A stretch of DNA of 64,000 bases. Origin: Escherichia coli (GTDB taxonomy: Bacteria > Pseudomonadota > Gammaproteobacteria > Enterobacterales > Enterobacteriaceae). The notes under the pieces were generated by a model. It saw only the letters and a list, made by a program, of their open reading frames with translations. It had not been told where the DNA came from and made no database searches. Numbering within the stretch: the stretch's first letter is position 1; each line of letters starts with the position of its first letter. The stretch lies in the NCBI RefSeq assembly GCF_030013205.1, contig NZ_CP122648.1. The stretch is one strand, 5' to 3'. Made by a program: the position numbers and the translations under genes. Of this stretch, positions 36,693-49,291 are shown piece by piece.

Positions 36693-37171
36693 CCTACGGC
36701 ATTGGATGATCTTTCCCTAACCTTATAGTTTCTTTTAGCCTTTCAAGCCTTAGCAATTCAACCTCGGCTTTAATATAGCCATGTGAGGCAGCCATTTTCA
36801 GCCAATTAATTGCATTATCTAAATTATAATATTTTAAATAGGAATCATCCTCCTCTGAGGATAGAATCATAGCATAATTATATTGCGCTATGATATTTCC
36901 TTGAGATGCAGACCTTGCCAGATATTTAATTTGCTTGGGTATATTAAAGCAAACATATGTATAATATTGATGTAATCGATATGACGCATCACCATCCCCG
37001 CCCTCAGATTTAATATCAAGTTCATATCTTTGATTTTTACTTAAATTAAACGATTCAGATGTTGAGCTTATTTCAATGTTATGGAGCTTAATAGGGGGGG
37101 GATTTCACCTCCATATGAACAACAAGAGAAAAAGAAAACATTTGCAATCAGAATAAATAAAAAGCACTTCA
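36693..37171 (-). pseudogene. frameshifted small lipoprotein with Sel1-like repeats; candidate rhsC cognate immunity gene
   Basis: ATG about 14 bp after rhsC stop; MKCFLFILIANVFFFSCCSYGGEI then an 8-nt homopolymer (G8 on + strand, about 37093-37100) shifts frame; with 9 nt the ORF reads about 155 aa. Confidence 0.6.
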
Positions 37172-37185
37172 TGTTGCCACCTTTG

Positions 37186-40100
37186 TTATTTTATATCACT
37201 TGGTCTCATAACTTTGCCAGGAGTGGAAGAAATGGGTTGACCTGAAGGTCCAAACGTTATCCAGCGGCCCATATTATTACCAGTTATGACATTATTACTT
37301 GTGTCAATTGCCGAGATATTATCCGTAAGTCCTGTTTGGATCGTATTAAAAAGAGGAGTATTATTATCCCACGCCATCCATACTTGCCATTGTGTATCAG
37401 CTCCAGTGACATTTGCATGAAGTGCTCTGGCTAACTTGCTGGCAAAAGATTTATTTCCCTCTCTGGCTGTACCACATGAGAATAACCAAACAGACATTCC
37501 CTTTTTATAGCGTGGATTAGCTCTGATTCTCTTGGCTAATCCCTCAGCGGTCTCATAATTTCCACTTTCATCTGTAATAAAACCAGGATATCCATGTCCT
37601 CCAATAGTAAAAACGCCAGGAATATTTATTTTATCTGTTGCAGCATGCAGTGATACATTTCTGCGTAGACTCTCATCATAGAAATTCATATCAGCTAATC
37701 CAAAAGGGTCTATATACTGAACCGGATTTAACGGGTACTGATAAAAATTCCATCCCCCCTTCTGCCCAATCGGATCCTGAGTGATATACCGCCCCTGCAG
37801 CGGGTCATAATAGCGGTGGCGGTTGTAATAGAGGCCGGACTCCTCATCATACTGCTGACCCGGCAGGCGGATGAGCTGCTGCAGCTGGTGCGGGTTCTCT
37901 TCATTCAGCAGGTTGCCCCATTCATCGTATTCTGCGCACCATTCTGTTGCCCCTTCCGTGCTGATAAGCGCCAGCGGCAGGCCGCGATGGTCGCAGTGGT
38001 ACAGGTGGATTTTTCGCGCCGGCGTGTACACCGGGTCTATCTGGTTTTGCATCTGCTCCACTGTCAGGCCGCACGATGCCAGCCAGCGGCGGCTTTCCTC
38101 ACTCACCCGGTCAGCCAGGATTTCACTTTCCAGCCGATCGAGCATCTGTACCAGCACCGGCGGGAACACCACACTGCCACCGTCTTCACCGCCGGACTGC
38201 TGAAGGGCATCCGCTAGGCTGCGGCGCTGCGTTTTCGCCAGCTCACCGGTGGCGGTTTCGACCCTGATGAGTGGCGTGAAGCTCCCCGGCTGATAAACCG
38301 TCTGGATGCGGGTTCTGTCGTTCTGTATTGTGGTCAGCCGGTCGCCGTCCCAGCCGTACCAGGTCACTTCCGGTTTCCGTGACAGCGACATCCAGCCCGT
38401 CAGGTCCCGTTCACGCCGCCACACCCGTTTTGCCACCCTGCGGCCCAGCGGGTCGTAAAGATAGCGGCTTTCAACCAGCGGCTCTGCATATTGTGTCCGC
38501 GTGTAGTGCACCAGCCGGTGCCGGCTGTCGTAATGGTACCGGTGAGTCCGCTCATCATCCGTGCGGATAACCCCTTCCGGGATGAGGTCGGTTTTCTCCG
38601 TCAGCCTGCCGTGACGGTCATACCGGTAAAGATAGTGCGCGTCACGGGCGATACGGTTATCCGGCCACATGCTGAGGGTGCTGTCCGGGTGCAGCTCCGG
38701 GTCGGGCAGGCGGTTGCCCGCCGGGTCCGTGGCATACGGGATGCGGATATCCAGATTCGCTGCGGTGGTGTGGACGCCGGTCAGCCTGCCGGTGTCGCTG
38801 TAGCTGTAACTCCGGGTCTGGCGCGGGCTGCTGATGCGGATGAGTTCGCCGTTGTCGTTCCAGGTGTAATCGCGGTCATACTGCAGGCTGTTCAGGTGCT
38901 GGCTCTGTAACTGCCCGGCAGGGGTGTAAGCGGTGGTGAGTTCATAACGGCCGAAGCTGCGCAGCGTTTCCCGGTGCAGGCGGTCGCGGGTGTACTCCAC
39001 CAGCGGTGTGTCGCCGAGTTTCATGCCTGACAGCCAGCCGCTGCCGTAGGTCAGCCATTCCACGGCGGGCAGGCTGTCCGGTATACAGCGGTTCGCCAGT
39101 CCCTGCGTGTTGTAAGCGTGTCTGGTTTCATGCTGCCAGAGCAGTGCTTCCGTCTGCGGATGATGCACCGTCTGGCGCTCACCGGTCAGGCGGCCTTTCT
39201 CATCATACCCGTAATGCACCGTCACCCGGTGGCCTTCGCTGAGATGGCTGATGCCTGTCAGCCAGCCGCGTTCGTCATACTGCCACTGCTCTGCAGGTTC
39301 ACCCTTCACGGTGCGGTGAGTGAGGCGGTCTGCTTCGTCATAGTGCCAGTGGGTGACCAGCCCCTCATCCTCGCTGCGGATAAGTTTACCGGTCAGGTCG
39401 TGGTGATAACGCTGTGTGCGGCCGTCAAAGCCGGTTTCCTGTATCAGCCGGTCGAGTACATCGTAACGGAAGGTGGTGTGGCTGCCGTTTTCACTGGTCA
39501 GGCGGATGACCCGTCCGGCAGCATCGTATTCCATACTGCGCGTCAGACCGCCCTGTGTGGTACGGATGGCCTTTCCCCACGCATCGTACTGTGTCCCGTT
39601 TCTGCTGCCGTCCGGGGCAATGACGGCGGTCAGGTCACCGGCGGCGTTGTATTCATACCGCGTTTCATGGCCCTGCGTGTCTTTCACCGCAATTAACTGT
39701 CCACGGCTGTCGTATGCGCGGTACTGACTCAGCCCTTCCTCGCGGTGCACCGCCGTCACCTGACCAAAACGGTCATGGTCATAACGGGTTACATAACCGG
39801 AACAGTCAGTGACGGTCAGCAACTGACCGTAACGGCTCCATGTCATGGTTTTCCGGCTGCCGGTGGCATCTTCCGTTGCGCAGGGTAAGTCACTGTGTGG
39901 ATTATCATAACGGTAGCGGGTGATATCGCCGTTGTGTGCGGTTTCCTGAATCAGACGGCCGGATTCATCATATTTGCGGCGCAACTCCAGCCCGTCAGTC
40001 CCGGTGGCTGACGTTAACTGGTTGTGGTGGTTATAGTAAAATGCCGATGCCCTGCCATCCGGTGTGGTGATGCGCGTGATGAGTCCCGTCACCACATCCG

Positions 40101-41436
40101 GGCTGTACTCAGTCGTCCGGCCTGCGGCATCCGTCTGTGCCTTAAGCCCACCCACCGCGTCAAACTGACTCTGCGTGACGCTGCCGTCCGCGTGTTCCTT
40201 TTTCACCACCCGCTTCAGCCCGCCTTCGCCCTGCGTGTGCAGCACTTCACGGCGGTCCAGACTGTCGGTGATGGTGATGCGGTCTTTCTCATACTGATAC
40301 GTGTAGCTTAAGCCTGCCGGGTTTAGCTGTTCTGTCACCCGCCCGTCGCTGTCGTAACGGTAACGGATTTCCGGCCGGCCCGTGTGACGGTGCGCCACCA
40401 TCCGGCCCCGGTATTTATCATCGTAAGTAAAGCTGCGCACCTGTGTATTGCTGCGGTCATACACCGCCGCCAGTTCGCCGCGTGGCGTCCAGCCATAGCG
40501 CACCAGCGGCGCGGCAGGTAAATTCTCCGGGTATTCCGGGTCGTGCGTCAGCCACACGGCAGACAGACGGATGCCGTTGTCCCGGCCATATTCGGTGTAA
40601 CCCGGCAGGGTATCAGGAAAAGCGGACGGTTCCGTCCCGCCGGAAATGGCCTGCTGCCGGGCCTCTTCTGCCCGCAGCGCCTGCGTGGTCAGTACCAGCC
40701 GGAAGTGACGCCCGGCACCATCCGTCACGCCGGTGATTTCGCCGCTGAATTCGCCGCCAGCCTCACGGTGGAACGTCTGTGTGCGCCCGAAGCGGTCCAC
40801 CAGCCCGGTCAGTACCCGGTACGGCGGCAGCGGCGCAGACAGCACCTCATCCGCCTCCGGCACCCGCTCACACCAGCCGAGTACCCACCACGGCCCCTGC
40901 GGACTGTTCGTCGCCAGATAACGATGCGGACTCAGGCGAAGCTCTTCCGGCAGCGCCTGCCAGAGTGCGGCCAGCCGGTGACCTTCATCCAGTTTCGCCA
41001 CGCCGCCGCGCACCAGCCAGAGTGACTCGCTGCGGCTGTAACCGTCCTCACCGGGAAACAGGTGCTCAAAATACAGGCTTCTGCCGCCGTTATCACTGAG
41101 TATCAGTGTGTTATCGCGCAGCTGTAAGCGGATATCCGCAGGCATTTTCCAGCCGGGGCCGAGGCTCCCCACCGGCGCGGGCGTTTTTGTCCGGTAACTG
41201 CTGTAGGTGCGGGAGAGGATGAACGGCAGCGGGCCGGGCAGGGCAAGGTCGGTTTCGCCGGGAAGGACCTTCGCACCGAGCAGCGGATTGACCGGATGGC
41301 CGGACGTCACCCCGCCGGGGCACACCGAACAGGCCACGCCGGTGGGGGCACCAATACGTACCCCGGCTGAACCCTGAACAATGCTACCGCCATACTGCGT
41401 CATGTCGCCCTGACGCGCCGCCGGTTTTCCGCTCAT
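37186..41436 (-). CDS. rhsC: Rhs family protein, rhsC-type: N-terminal PAAR-like region, YD-repeat core, DPxGL boundary, variable C-terminal toxin domain
   Basis: 1416 aa; [30 protein letters not shown]-terminus, YD repeats, [13 protein letters not shown] then unique 170-aa tip. Confidence 0.95.
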   Translation of the reverse strand: MSGKPAARQGDMTQYGGSIVQGSAGVRIGAPTGVACSVCPGGVTSGHPVNPLLGAKVLPGETDLALPGPLPFILSRTYSSYRTKTPAPVGSLGPGWKMPADIRLQLRDNTLILSDNGGRSLYFEHLFPGEDGYSRSESLWLVRGGVAKLDEGHRLAALWQALPEELRLSPHRYLATNSPQGPWWVLGWCERVPEADEVLSAPLPPYRVLTGLVDRFGRTQTFHREAGGEFSGEITGVTDGAGRHFRLVLTTQALRAEEARQQAISGGTEPSAFPDTLPGYTEYGRDNGIRLSAVWLTHDPEYPENLPAAPLVRYGWTPRGELAAVYDRSNTQVRSFTYDDKYRGRMVAHRHTGRPEIRYRYDSDGRVTEQLNPAGLSYTYQYEKDRITITDSLDRREVLHTQGEGGLKRVVKKEHADGSVTQSQFDAVGGLKAQTDAAGRTTEYSPDVVTGLITRITTPDGRASAFYYNHHNQLTSATGTDGLELRRKYDESGRLIQETAHNGDITRYRYDNPHSDLPCATEDATGSRKTMTWSRYGQLLTVTDCSGYVTRYDHDRFGQVTAVHREEGLSQYRAYDSRGQLIAVKDTQGHETRYEYNAAGDLTAVIAPDGSRNGTQYDAWGKAIRTTQGGLTRSMEYDAAGRVIRLTSENGSHTTFRYDVLDRLIQETGFDGRTQRYHHDLTGKLIRSEDEGLVTHWHYDEADRLTHRTVKGEPAEQWQYDERGWLTGISHLSEGHRVTVHYGYDEKGRLTGERQTVHHPQTEALLWQHETRHAYNTQGLANRCIPDSLPAVEWLTYGSGWLSGMKLGDTPLVEYTRDRLHRETLRSFGRYELTTAYTPAGQLQSQHLNSLQYDRDYTWNDNGELIRISSPRQTRSYSYSDTGRLTGVHTTAANLDIRIPYATDPAGNRLPDPELHPDSTLSMWPDNRIARDAHYLYRYDRHGRLTEKTDLIPEGVIRTDDERTHRYHYDSRHRLVHYTRTQYAEPLVESRYLYDPLGRRVAKRVWRRERDLTGWMSLSRKPEVTWYGWDGDRLTTIQNDRTRIQTVYQPGSFTPLIRVETATGELAKTQRRSLADALQQSGGEDGGSVVFPPVLVQMLDRLESEILADRVSEESRRWLASCGLTVEQMQNQIDPVYTPARKIHLYHCDHRGLPLALISTEGATEWCAEYDEWGNLLNEENPHQLQQLIRLPGQQYDEESGLYYNRHRYYDPLQGRYITQDPIGQKGGWNFYQYPLNPVQYIDPFGLADMNFYDESLRRNVSLHAATDKINIPGVFTIGGHGYPGFITDESGNYETAEGLAKRIRANPRYKKGMSVWLFSCGTAREGNKSFASKLARALHANVTGADTQWQVWMAWDNNTPLFNTIQTGLTDNISAIDTSNNVITGNNMGRWITFGPSGQPISSTPGKVMRPSDIK
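37701..38057 (-). repeat. rhs core 3'-end segment repeated at 34843-35203 and about 33515-33770
   Basis: near-identical nucleotide stretches read directly in all three places. Confidence 0.85.
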
Positions 41437-41624
41437 CTGCTCATCCTTGTTTTATCGGGTTATTTGTCTGCTGACAGGCGAAACCCTACAGATTTATAAG
41501 AAAGCCTTAAGTGAGATATCTGTCAGATAAGAACAATTAGGAAAATATTTATATATATTTCATGAATATATGTTTCGATTGGTATAACGGTGTCTAAATA
41601 TTCCTCTGAACATCTTCCTGATAC

Positions 41625-41658
41625 AAAAAAAACCGCCAGCGTTTCCGCTGGCGGTTTT
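41625..41658 (-). terminator. bidirectional intrinsic terminator downstream of ybfA
   Basis: A8-ccgccagcg-tttc-cgctggcgg-T4. Confidence 0.75.
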
Positions 41659-41680
41659 CAATGTATTCAGAACTCAGCAA

Positions 41681-41887
41681 TCAGTAAAAATCACCAGTTG
41701 CCTTTTCGGCCTGATCCATCCACACCGGTTTCTCGCTGGTTTTCGACCAGACGCGGTGCAGGTAGCTGTAAAAGCGGGCGCGGTCTTTCCAGAAAAGCAT
41801 GAAAGGCAGCGCCAGAACGCCCGCTGCAACCGCATAAGTACGGCGTAAAAAGATAAGCCATGCAGGATATTCTCTGTAGAGTTCCAT
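41681..41887 (-). CDS. ybfA: small membrane protein (DUF2517)
   Basis: 68 aa [33 protein letters not shown]... Confidence 0.85.
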   Translation of the reverse strand: MELYREYPAWLIFLRRTYAVAAGVLALPFMLFWKDRARFYSYLHRVWSKTSEKPVWMDQAEKATGDFY

Positions 41888-42199
41888 ACTTTTCTCCCCC
41901 TTTTGTATCTACCCGGTGAATGGCACCGGAAAAATGAATTTGTTTATCTGATGAAAATAGTACCGCCTTTTGTGTAATTTTACTACTCATCCGACCACTT
42001 ATTTTTGCTTATTGATGGTTTATTTACATTCATACCGTAATTAAGTTACACAAAGGTTAAATTAATACTAAACATTAGTTAAATCATGGCTTTTGCCATT
42101 TTTATACTTTTTTTACACCCCGCCCGCAGATTTTTGCGAAATCTTTGCAGCCAGAATTCTACCCTTCCGGTATCACTTTTAGGCCACTGGAGGTGCACT
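41888..42199 (+). promoter_or_regulatory. kdpFABC promoter region (KdpE-dependent)
   Basis: AT-rich region upstream of kdpF; KdpE site not mapped. Confidence 0.5.
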
Positions 42200-42289
42200 G
42201 TGAGTGCAGGCGTGATAGCCGGCGTGTTGCTGGTGTTTTTATTACTGGGTTATCTGGTTTATGCCCTGATCAATGCGGAGGCGTTCTGA
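42200..42289 (+). CDS. kdpF: K+-transporting ATPase small subunit
   Basis: 29 codons from [32 protein letters not shown]; stop overlaps kdpA ATG. Confidence 0.9.
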   Translation: MSAGVIAGVLLVFLLLGYLVYALINAEAF

Positions 42290-43962
42290 TGGCTGCGCAA
42301 GGGTTCTTACTGATCGCCACGTTTTTACTGGTGTTAATGGTGCTGGCACGTCCTTTAGGCAGCGGGCTGGCGCGGCTGATTAATGACATACCTCTTCCCG
42401 GTACAGCGGGTGTTGAACGCGTACTCTTTCGTTTACCTGGCGTCTCTGACAGTGAGATGAACTGGAAGCAGTATCTCTGTGCCATTCTCGGCCTGAACAT
42501 GCTGGGGCTGGCGGTGCTGTTTTTTATGTTGCTCGGTCAGCACTATCTGCCGCTCAATCCACAGCAGTTGCCAGGGCTGTCATGGGATCTGGCGCTGAAT
42601 ACCGCCGTCAGCTTTGTCACTAATACCAACTGGCAATCTTACAGCGGTGAAACCACGTTGAGCTATTTCAGCCAGATGGCTGGCTTAACGGTGCAAAACT
42701 TTCTTTCTGCCGCCAGCGGGATTGCGGTGATTTTTGCCCTCATACGTGCATTTACCCGCCAGAGCATGAGCACACTCGGGAATGCCTGGGTCGATCTGCT
42801 ACGCATCACGTTATGGGTGCTAGTCCCTGTGGCGTTGTTGATCGCATTGTTTTTTATTCAACAAGGTGCGCTGCAAAACTTTCTGCCCTATCAGGCGGTG
42901 AATACCGTTGAAGGAGCGAAACAGCTGTTACCCATGGGTCCGGTGGCTTCTCAGGAAGCTATCAAGATGCTCGGCACTAACGGTGGTGGCTTCTTTAATG
43001 CCAACTCGTCGCATCCGTTTGAAAACCCAACCGCACTGACCAACTTCGTGCAGATGCTGGCGATCTTTTTGATCCCAACAGCGCTGTGCTTTGCCTTTGG
43101 TGAAGTGGCAGGCGATCGCCGCCAGGGGCGCATGTTGCTGTGGGCGATGTCAGTGATTTTTGTCATCTGCACAGGCGTGGTGATGTGGGCAGAAGTTCAG
43201 GGTAATCCTCATCTGCTGGCGCTGGGTGCGGACAGCAGCATCAATATGGAAGGTAAAGAGAGCCGTTTCGGCGTGCTGGTCAGTAGCCTGTTTGCGGTCG
43301 TGACTACGGCGGCTTCCTGTGGCGCGGTGATTGCGATGCATGATTCGTTTACCGCTCTCGGTGGCATGGTGCCGATGTGGCTGATGCAAATTGGTGAAGT
43401 GGTATTCGGCGGTGTCGGTTCTGGTCTTTACGGCATGATGCTGTTTGTCCTGCTGGCGGTGTTTATTGCCGGGCTGATGATTGGTCGTACACCGGAATAT
43501 CTGGGTAAAAAAATCGACGTACGTGAGATGAAATTGACTGCACTGGCGATTCTGGTTACTCCAACACTGGTGCTGATGGGCGCGGCGCTGGCGATGATGA
43601 CCGACGCCGGACGTAGCGCCATGCTCAACCCTGGCCCGCATGGTTTTAGCGAAGTGCTGTACGCCGTGTCATCCGCCGCTAACAACAACGGCAGCGCCTT
43701 TGCCGGATTAAGCGCCAACTCCCCGTTCTGGAACTGTTTACTGGCGTTCTGCATGTTTGTCGGTCGCTTCGGGGTGATTATCCCGGTGATGGCAATTGCC
43801 GGTTCGCTGGTGAGTAAAAAGAGCCAACCCGCCAGCTCCGGCACGCTGCCAACGCACGGCCCGCTGTTTGTTGGCCTGTTAATCGGCACCGTATTGCTGG
43901 TTGGCGCACTGACCTTTATCCCTGCCCTGGCGCTTGGTCCGGTGGCGGAATATCTCTCCTGA
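42289..43962 (+). CDS. kdpA: K+-transporting ATPase subunit A
   Basis: ORF track 42145..43962; start at [12 protein letters not shown] (557 aa). Confidence 0.96.
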   Translation: MAAQGFLLIATFLLVLMVLARPLGSGLARLINDIPLPGTAGVERVLFRLPGVSDSEMNWKQYLCAILGLNMLGLAVLFFMLLGQHYLPLNPQQLPGLSWDLALNTAVSFVTNTNWQSYSGETTLSYFSQMAGLTVQNFLSAASGIAVIFALIRAFTRQSMSTLGNAWVDLLRITLWVLVPVALLIALFFIQQGALQNFLPYQAVNTVEGAKQLLPMGPVASQEAIKMLGTNGGGFFNANSSHPFENPTALTNFVQMLAIFLIPTALCFAFGEVAGDRRQGRMLLWAMSVIFVICTGVVMWAEVQGNPHLLALGADSSINMEGKESRFGVLVSSLFAVVTTAASCGAVIAMHDSFTALGGMVPMWLMQIGEVVFGGVGSGLYGMMLFVLLAVFIAGLMIGRTPEYLGKKIDVREMKLTALAILVTPTLVLMGAALAMMTDAGRSAMLNPGPHGFSEVLYAVSSAANNNGSAFAGLSANSPFWNCLLAFCMFVGRFGVIIPVMAIAGSLVSKKSQPASSGTLPTHGPLFVGLLIGTVLLVGALTFIPALALGPVAEYLS

Positions 43963-43984
43963 TGATATTGAGTGAGCACTGAAT

Positions 43985-46033
43985 ATGAGTCGTAAACAAC
44001 TGGCGCTATTCGAACCAACACTTGTCGTTCAGGCGCTGAAAGAAGCGGTGAAAAAATTAAACCCGCAGGCGCAATGGCGCAATCCGGTGATGTTTATCGT
44101 CTGGATCGGCAGTCTGCTGACCACCTTTATTAGCATCGCAATGGCAAGCGGTGCGATGCCTGGCAATGTGCTGTTTAGCGCGGCAATCAGCGGCTGGCTG
44201 TGGGTCACCGTACTGTTCGCTAATTTCGCCGAGGCGCTGGCAGAAGGCCGCAGTAAAGCGCAGGCCAACAGTCTGAAAGGGGTGAAAAAAACTGCCTTTG
44301 CCCGCAAGCTGCGTGAGCCGAAATATGGCGCTGCGGCGGACAAAGTTCCCGCCGATCAACTGCGTAAAGGCGATATCGTACTGGTGGAAGCTGGCGATAT
44401 TATCCCCTGCGATGGTGAAGTCATTGAAGGGGGCGCATCGGTCGATGAAAGCGCCATCACCGGGGAATCGGCACCGGTGATCCGTGAATCCGGCGGCGAT
44501 TTTGCCTCCGTCACTGGCGGCACGCGTATTCTTTCTGACTGGCTGGTGATTGAGTGCAGCGTTAACCCCGGCGAGACATTTCTGGATCGGATGATCGCGA
44601 TGGTGGAAGGCGCGCAGCGACGCAAAACGCCGAACGAGATTGCCCTGACCATCCTGCTGATTGCCCTGACTATCGTCTTTTTACTGGCAACCGCCACGCT
44701 GTGGCCGTTTTCCGCGTGGGGCGGTAATGCAGTCAGCGTAACGGTACTGGTGGCGCTGCTGGTCTGTCTGATCCCAACGACCATTGGCGGTCTGTTGTCA
44801 GCGATCGGCGTCGCCGGGATGAGTCGGATGCTGGGCGCGAATGTGATTGCCACCAGCGGACGTGCAGTTGAAGCGGCGGGTGACGTTGACGTCCTGCTGC
44901 TGGATAAAACCGGCACAATCACGCTAGGTAACCGTCAGGCATCGGAGTTTATCCCTGCACAGGGCGTAGAGGAAAAAACGCTGGCCGACGCCGCACAACT
45001 GGCTTCGCTGGCTGATGAAACGCCGGAAGGTCGCAGTATTGTGATCCTCGCCAAGCAACGTTTTAACCTGCGCGAGCGCGATGTGCAGTCGCTCCATGCC
45101 ACCTTTGTACCGTTTACTGCGCAAAGCCGGATGAGCGGGATCAACATCGACAACCGCATGATCCGTAAAGGTTCTGTCGATGCCATTCGCCGCCATGTTG
45201 AGGCTAACGGTGGTCACTTCCCTGCCGATGTCGATCAAAAAGTCGATCAGGTTGCGCGTCAGGGGGCCACGCCGCTGGTGGTGGTGGAAGGTTCCCGTGT
45301 GCTTGGCGTTATTGCGCTGAAAGATATCGTCAAAGGCGGTATTAAAGAGCGCTTCGCCCAGCTGCGCAAAATGGGCATTAAAACGGTGATGATTACCGGC
45401 GATAACCGTCTGACTGCCGCCGCGATTGCTGCGGAAGCGGGCGTCGATGATTTCCTCGCCGAAGCGACACCGGAGGCCAAGCTGGCATTGATTCGTCAGT
45501 ATCAGGCAGAAGGCCGTTTAGTGGCGATGACCGGCGATGGCACCAACGATGCTCCGGCGCTGGCGCAGGCAGATGTCGCGGTGGCGATGAACTCCGGTAC
45601 TCAGGCGGCGAAAGAAGCGGGCAATATGGTGGATCTCGACTCTAACCCGACCAAGTTGATCGAGGTGGTACATATTGGCAAACAGATGCTGATGACCCGT
45701 GGCTCGCTGACCACCTTCAGCATTGCCAACGATGTAGCGAAATACTTCGCCATTATTCCGGCGGCGTTCGCGGCAACGTATCCGCAGTTAAATGCGCTGA
45801 ACATCATGCGCCTTCATTCGCCCGACTCCGCCATTCTCAGTGCGGTCATTTTCAACGCCTTGATTATCGTCTTTTTGATTCCTCTGGCGTTAAAAGGCGT
45901 GAGTTATAAACCGCTTACCGCTTCTGCCATGTTGCGCCGTAACTTATGGATTTACGGTCTGGGTGGGCTGCTGGTGCCGTTTATTGGTATCAAAGTCATT
46001 GATTTACTGCTGACCGTTTGCGGTCTGGTGTGA
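43985..46033 (+). CDS. kdpB: K+-transporting P-type ATPase subunit B
   Basis: 682 aa; DKTGT phosphorylation motif, TGDGTND. Confidence 0.97.
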   Translation: MSRKQLALFEPTLVVQALKEAVKKLNPQAQWRNPVMFIVWIGSLLTTFISIAMASGAMPGNVLFSAAISGWLWVTVLFANFAEALAEGRSKAQANSLKGVKKTAFARKLREPKYGAAADKVPADQLRKGDIVLVEAGDIIPCDGEVIEGGASVDESAITGESAPVIRESGGDFASVTGGTRILSDWLVIECSVNPGETFLDRMIAMVEGAQRRKTPNEIALTILLIALTIVFLLATATLWPFSAWGGNAVSVTVLVALLVCLIPTTIGGLLSAIGVAGMSRMLGANVIATSGRAVEAAGDVDVLLLDKTGTITLGNRQASEFIPAQGVEEKTLADAAQLASLADETPEGRSIVILAKQRFNLRERDVQSLHATFVPFTAQSRMSGINIDNRMIRKGSVDAIRRHVEANGGHFPADVDQKVDQVARQGATPLVVVEGSRVLGVIALKDIVKGGIKERFAQLRKMGIKTVMITGDNRLTAAAIAAEAGVDDFLAEATPEAKLALIRQYQAEGRLVAMTGDGTNDAPALAQADVAVAMNSGTQAAKEAGNMVDLDSNPTKLIEVVHIGKQMLMTRGSLTTFSIANDVAKYFAIIPAAFAATYPQLNALNIMRLHSPDSAILSAVIFNALIIVFLIPLALKGVSYKPLTASAMLRRNLWIYGLGGLLVPFIGIKVIDLLLTVCGLV

Positions 46034-46041
46034 GGTTTACC

Positions 46042-46614
46042 ATGCGTGGATTACGTCCGGCATTATCAACATTTATCTTTCTGTTATTGATCACTGGCGG
46101 CGTTTACCCGCTGCTGACCACCGTGCTGGGGCAATGGTGGTTTCCCTGGCAGGCCAACGGTTCGTTGATTCGTGAAGGTGATACGGTGCGCGGTTCGGTA
46201 TTAATCGGGCAGAATTTTACCGGCAACGGCTATTTTCATGGTCGCCCGTCGGCAACGGCAGAAATGCCCTATAATCCACAGGCTTCTGGCGGGAGCAATC
46301 TGGCGGTCAGTAACCCTGAGCTGGATAAACTAATAGCCGCACGCGTTGCTGCATTACGGGCCGCTAACCCGGATGTCAGTGCGAACGTTCCGGTTGAACT
46401 GGTGACGGCATCGGCAAGCGGACTGGACAATAACATCACCCCGCAAGCGGCAGCCTGGCAGATCCCACGCGTGGCGAAAGCGCGTAATCTCAGCGTTGAA
46501 CAGCTCACGCAGCTGATCGCAAAATACAGCCAACAACCGCTGGTGAAATATATCGGCCAGCCGGTCGTCAACATTGTCGAACTCAATCTGGCGCTGGATA
46601 AACTTGATGAATAA
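46042..46614 (+). CDS. kdpC: K+-transporting ATPase subunit C
   Basis: ORF track 46018..46614; start trimmed to [11 protein letters not shown] (190 aa). Confidence 0.93.
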   Translation: MRGLRPALSTFIFLLLITGGVYPLLTTVLGQWWFPWQANGSLIREGDTVRGSVLIGQNFTGNGYFHGRPSATAEMPYNPQASGGSNLAVSNPELDKLIAARVAALRAANPDVSANVPVELVTASASGLDNNITPQAAAWQIPRVAKARNLSVEQLTQLIAKYSQQPLVKYIGQPVVNIVELNLALDKLDE

Positions 46615-49291
46615 CGAACCCTTACGTCCCGACCCCGATCGTCTGCTGGAACAAACTGCCGCGCCGCATCGGGGGAAGCTGAAAGTTTTCTTCGGTGCCT
46701 GTGCGGGCGTCGGAAAGACCTGGGCGATGCTGGCAGAAGCCCAGCGACTGCGGGCGCAAGGGCTGGATATTGTGGTTGGCGTGGTTGAAACCCACGGGCG
46801 GAAAGATACCGCCGCAATACTGGAAGGGCTGGCTGTTCTGCCGCCCAAACGCCAGGCGTACCGTGGGCGGCATATCAGCGAATTTGATCTCGATGCCGCC
46901 CTCGCCCGCCGTCCGGCGCTGATCTTAATGGACGAACTGGCGCACAGTAATGCGCCAGGTTCTCGTCATCCTAAACGCTGGCAGGACATCGAAGAGCTGC
47001 TGGAAGCTGGCATTGATGTTTTCACAACCGTCAACGTTCAGCATCTGGAAAGTCTGAATGATGTGGTCAGCGGCGTCACCGGAATTCAGGTACGGGAAAC
47101 CGTGCCCGATCCTTTTTTCGATGCCGCCGACGACGTGGTGCTGGTGGACTTGCCCCCGGACGATCTGCGTCAACGGCTGAAAGAAGGTAAAGTCTATATT
47201 GCCGGGCAGGCGGAACGCGCCATTGAACATTTTTTTCGTAAAGGTAATCTGATCGCCCTGCGCGAACTGGCACTGCGCCGTACTGCCGATCGCGTTGATG
47301 AGCAAATGCGCGCCTGGCGGGGGCATCCTGGCGAAGAGAAAGTCTGGCACACGCGCGACGCGATCCTTTTATGCATCGGGCATAACACCGGCAGCGAAAA
47401 ACTGGTCCGCGCGGCGGCGCGGCTGGCGTCACGGCTGGGAAGCGTCTGGCACGCGGTGTATGTTGAAACCCCTGCCCTGCACCGCTTACCGGAGAAAAAA
47501 CGTCGGGCAATTCTCAGCGCCTTACGTCTGGCGCAGGAGCTGGGCGCAGAGACGGCAACACTTTCTGATCCAGCGGAAGAGAAAGCGGTAGTGCGTTATG
47601 CCCGTGAACATAATCTCGGCAAGATTATTCTCGGTCGCCCAGCCTCGCGCCGCTGGTGGCGTCGGGAAACGTTTGCTGACCGACTGGCGCGCATCGCCCC
47701 CGATCTCGATCAGGTGCTGGTCGCGCTTGATGAACCACCCGTCCGCACGATTAACAACGCGCCGGATAGCCGCTCTTTTAAAGACAAGTGGCGGGTACAG
47801 ATTCAGGGATGCGTGGTTGCCGCCGCGTTATGCGCCGTTATCACCTTAATTGCCATGCAGTGGCTGATGGCGTTTGATGCCGCCAACCTGGTGATGCTGT
47901 ATCTGCTTGGCGTGGTGGTGGTGGCGCTGTTTTATGGACGCTGGCCTTCGGTGGTTGCTACCGTCATTAATGTGGTGAGTTTCGATCTCTTTTTTATCGC
48001 CCCACGCGGCACGCTCGCCGTCTCTGATGTGCAATATCTGCTGACCTTCGCGGTGATGTTAACCGTCGGGCTGGTGATCGGGAACCTTACTGCGGGCGTG
48101 CGTTATCAGGCGCGGGTAGCCCGTTACCGCGAGCAACGCACACGGCACTTATATGAAATGTCGAAAGCACTGGCGGTGGGCCGCAGTCCGCAGGACATCG
48201 CCGCCACCAGCGAACAATTTATTGCCTCCACGTTTCATGCCCGCAGTCAGGTGCTGTTACCCGATGACAACGGTAAATTGCAGCCGTTAACACATCCGCA
48301 AGGAATGACGCCGTGGGACGATGCCATCGCGCAGTGGAGTTTTGATAAAGGCCTGCCTGCGGGCGCGGGCACCGACACGTTACCCGGTGTACCGTACCAG
48401 ATTTTGCCGCTAAAAAGCGGCGAGAAAACCTACGGGCTGGTGGTGGTGGAACCGGGGAATCTGCGCCAGTTGATGATCCCGGAACAGCAACGCCTGCTGG
48501 AGACGTTTACGCTGTTAGTCGCCAATGCCCTTGAGCGGCTGACACTGACCGCCAGCGAAGAACAGGCGCGGATGGCAAGCGAACGAGAACAGATCCGCAA
48601 CGCCCTGCTGGCGGCGCTTTCGCATGATTTACGCACGCCGCTTACGGTGCTGTTCGGTCAGGCAGAAATCTTAACGCTCGATCTGGCGAGCGAAGGATCG
48701 CCCCACGCCCGCCAGGCCAGCGAGATTCGTCAGCATGTGCTGAACACGACCCGACTGGTGAATAATCTACTGGATATGGCGCGAATTCAGTCCGGCGGCT
48801 TTAATTTGAAGAAAGAGTGGTTAACGCTGGAAGAAGTGGTCGGCAGCGCGCTGCAAATGCTGGAACCGGGTTTATCGTCGCCCATCAATCTTTCTCTGCC
48901 AGAACCGCTGACCTTAATCCACGTTGACGGGCCACTCTTTGAACGGGTGCTGATTAATCTGCTGGAGAACGCGGTGAAATACGCGGGTGCGCAGGCCGAA
49001 ATTGGTATCGATGCCCACGTTGAGGGCGAAAATCTACAACTGGATGTCTGGGATAATGGCCCCGGTCTTCCGCCAGGCCAGGAGCAGACGATATTTGATA
49101 AGTTTGCTCGCGGGAATAAAGAGTCGGCGGTACCGGGTGTAGGGCTTGGGCTGGCAATTTGTCGGGCGATTGTGGATGTACACGGCGGCACCATTACCGC
49201 GTTCAACCGACCGGAAGGTGGTGCCTGTTTTCGTGTTACACTTCCCCAGCAAACTGCCCCTGAACTTGAAGAATTTCATGAGGATATGTGA
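46607..49291 (+). CDS. kdpD: sensor histidine kinase KdpD
   Basis: ORF track 46574..49291; start [16 protein letters not shown] (894 aa); H-box SHDLRTPL. Confidence 0.96.
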   Translation: MNNEPLRPDPDRLLEQTAAPHRGKLKVFFGACAGVGKTWAMLAEAQRLRAQGLDIVVGVVETHGRKDTAAILEGLAVLPPKRQAYRGRHISEFDLDAALARRPALILMDELAHSNAPGSRHPKRWQDIEELLEAGIDVFTTVNVQHLESLNDVVSGVTGIQVRETVPDPFFDAADDVVLVDLPPDDLRQRLKEGKVYIAGQAERAIEHFFRKGNLIALRELALRRTADRVDEQMRAWRGHPGEEKVWHTRDAILLCIGHNTGSEKLVRAAARLASRLGSVWHAVYVETPALHRLPEKKRRAILSALRLAQELGAETATLSDPAEEKAVVRYAREHNLGKIILGRPASRRWWRRETFADRLARIAPDLDQVLVALDEPPVRTINNAPDSRSFKDKWRVQIQGCVVAAALCAVITLIAMQWLMAFDAANLVMLYLLGVVVVALFYGRWPSVVATVINVVSFDLFFIAPRGTLAVSDVQYLLTFAVMLTVGLVIGNLTAGVRYQARVARYREQRTRHLYEMSKALAVGRSPQDIAATSEQFIASTFHARSQVLLPDDNGKLQPLTHPQGMTPWDDAIAQWSFDKGLPAGAGTDTLPGVPYQILPLKSGEKTYGLVVVEPGNLRQLMIPEQQRLLETFTLLVANALERLTLTASEEQARMASEREQIRNALLAALSHDLRTPLTVLFGQAEILTLDLASEGSPHARQASEIRQHVLNTTRLVNNLLDMARIQSGGFNLKKEWLTLEEVVGSALQMLEPGLSSPINLSLPEPLTLIHVDGPLFERVLINLLENAVKYAGAQAEIGIDAHVEGENLQLDVWDNGPGLPPGQEQTIFDKFARGNKESAVPGVGLGLAICRAIVDVHGGTITAFNRPEGGACFRVTLPQQTAPELEEFHEDM

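Noticed and set aside
37816-41099. Many + strand ORFs (60-190 aa) across the rhsC body, plus 33566..33805 and 34958..35245 opposite the orphan tips
   Set aside because: Antisense to the Rhs reading frame; the three that share sequence ([14 protein letters not shown]...) only reflect the repeated rhs core segment.
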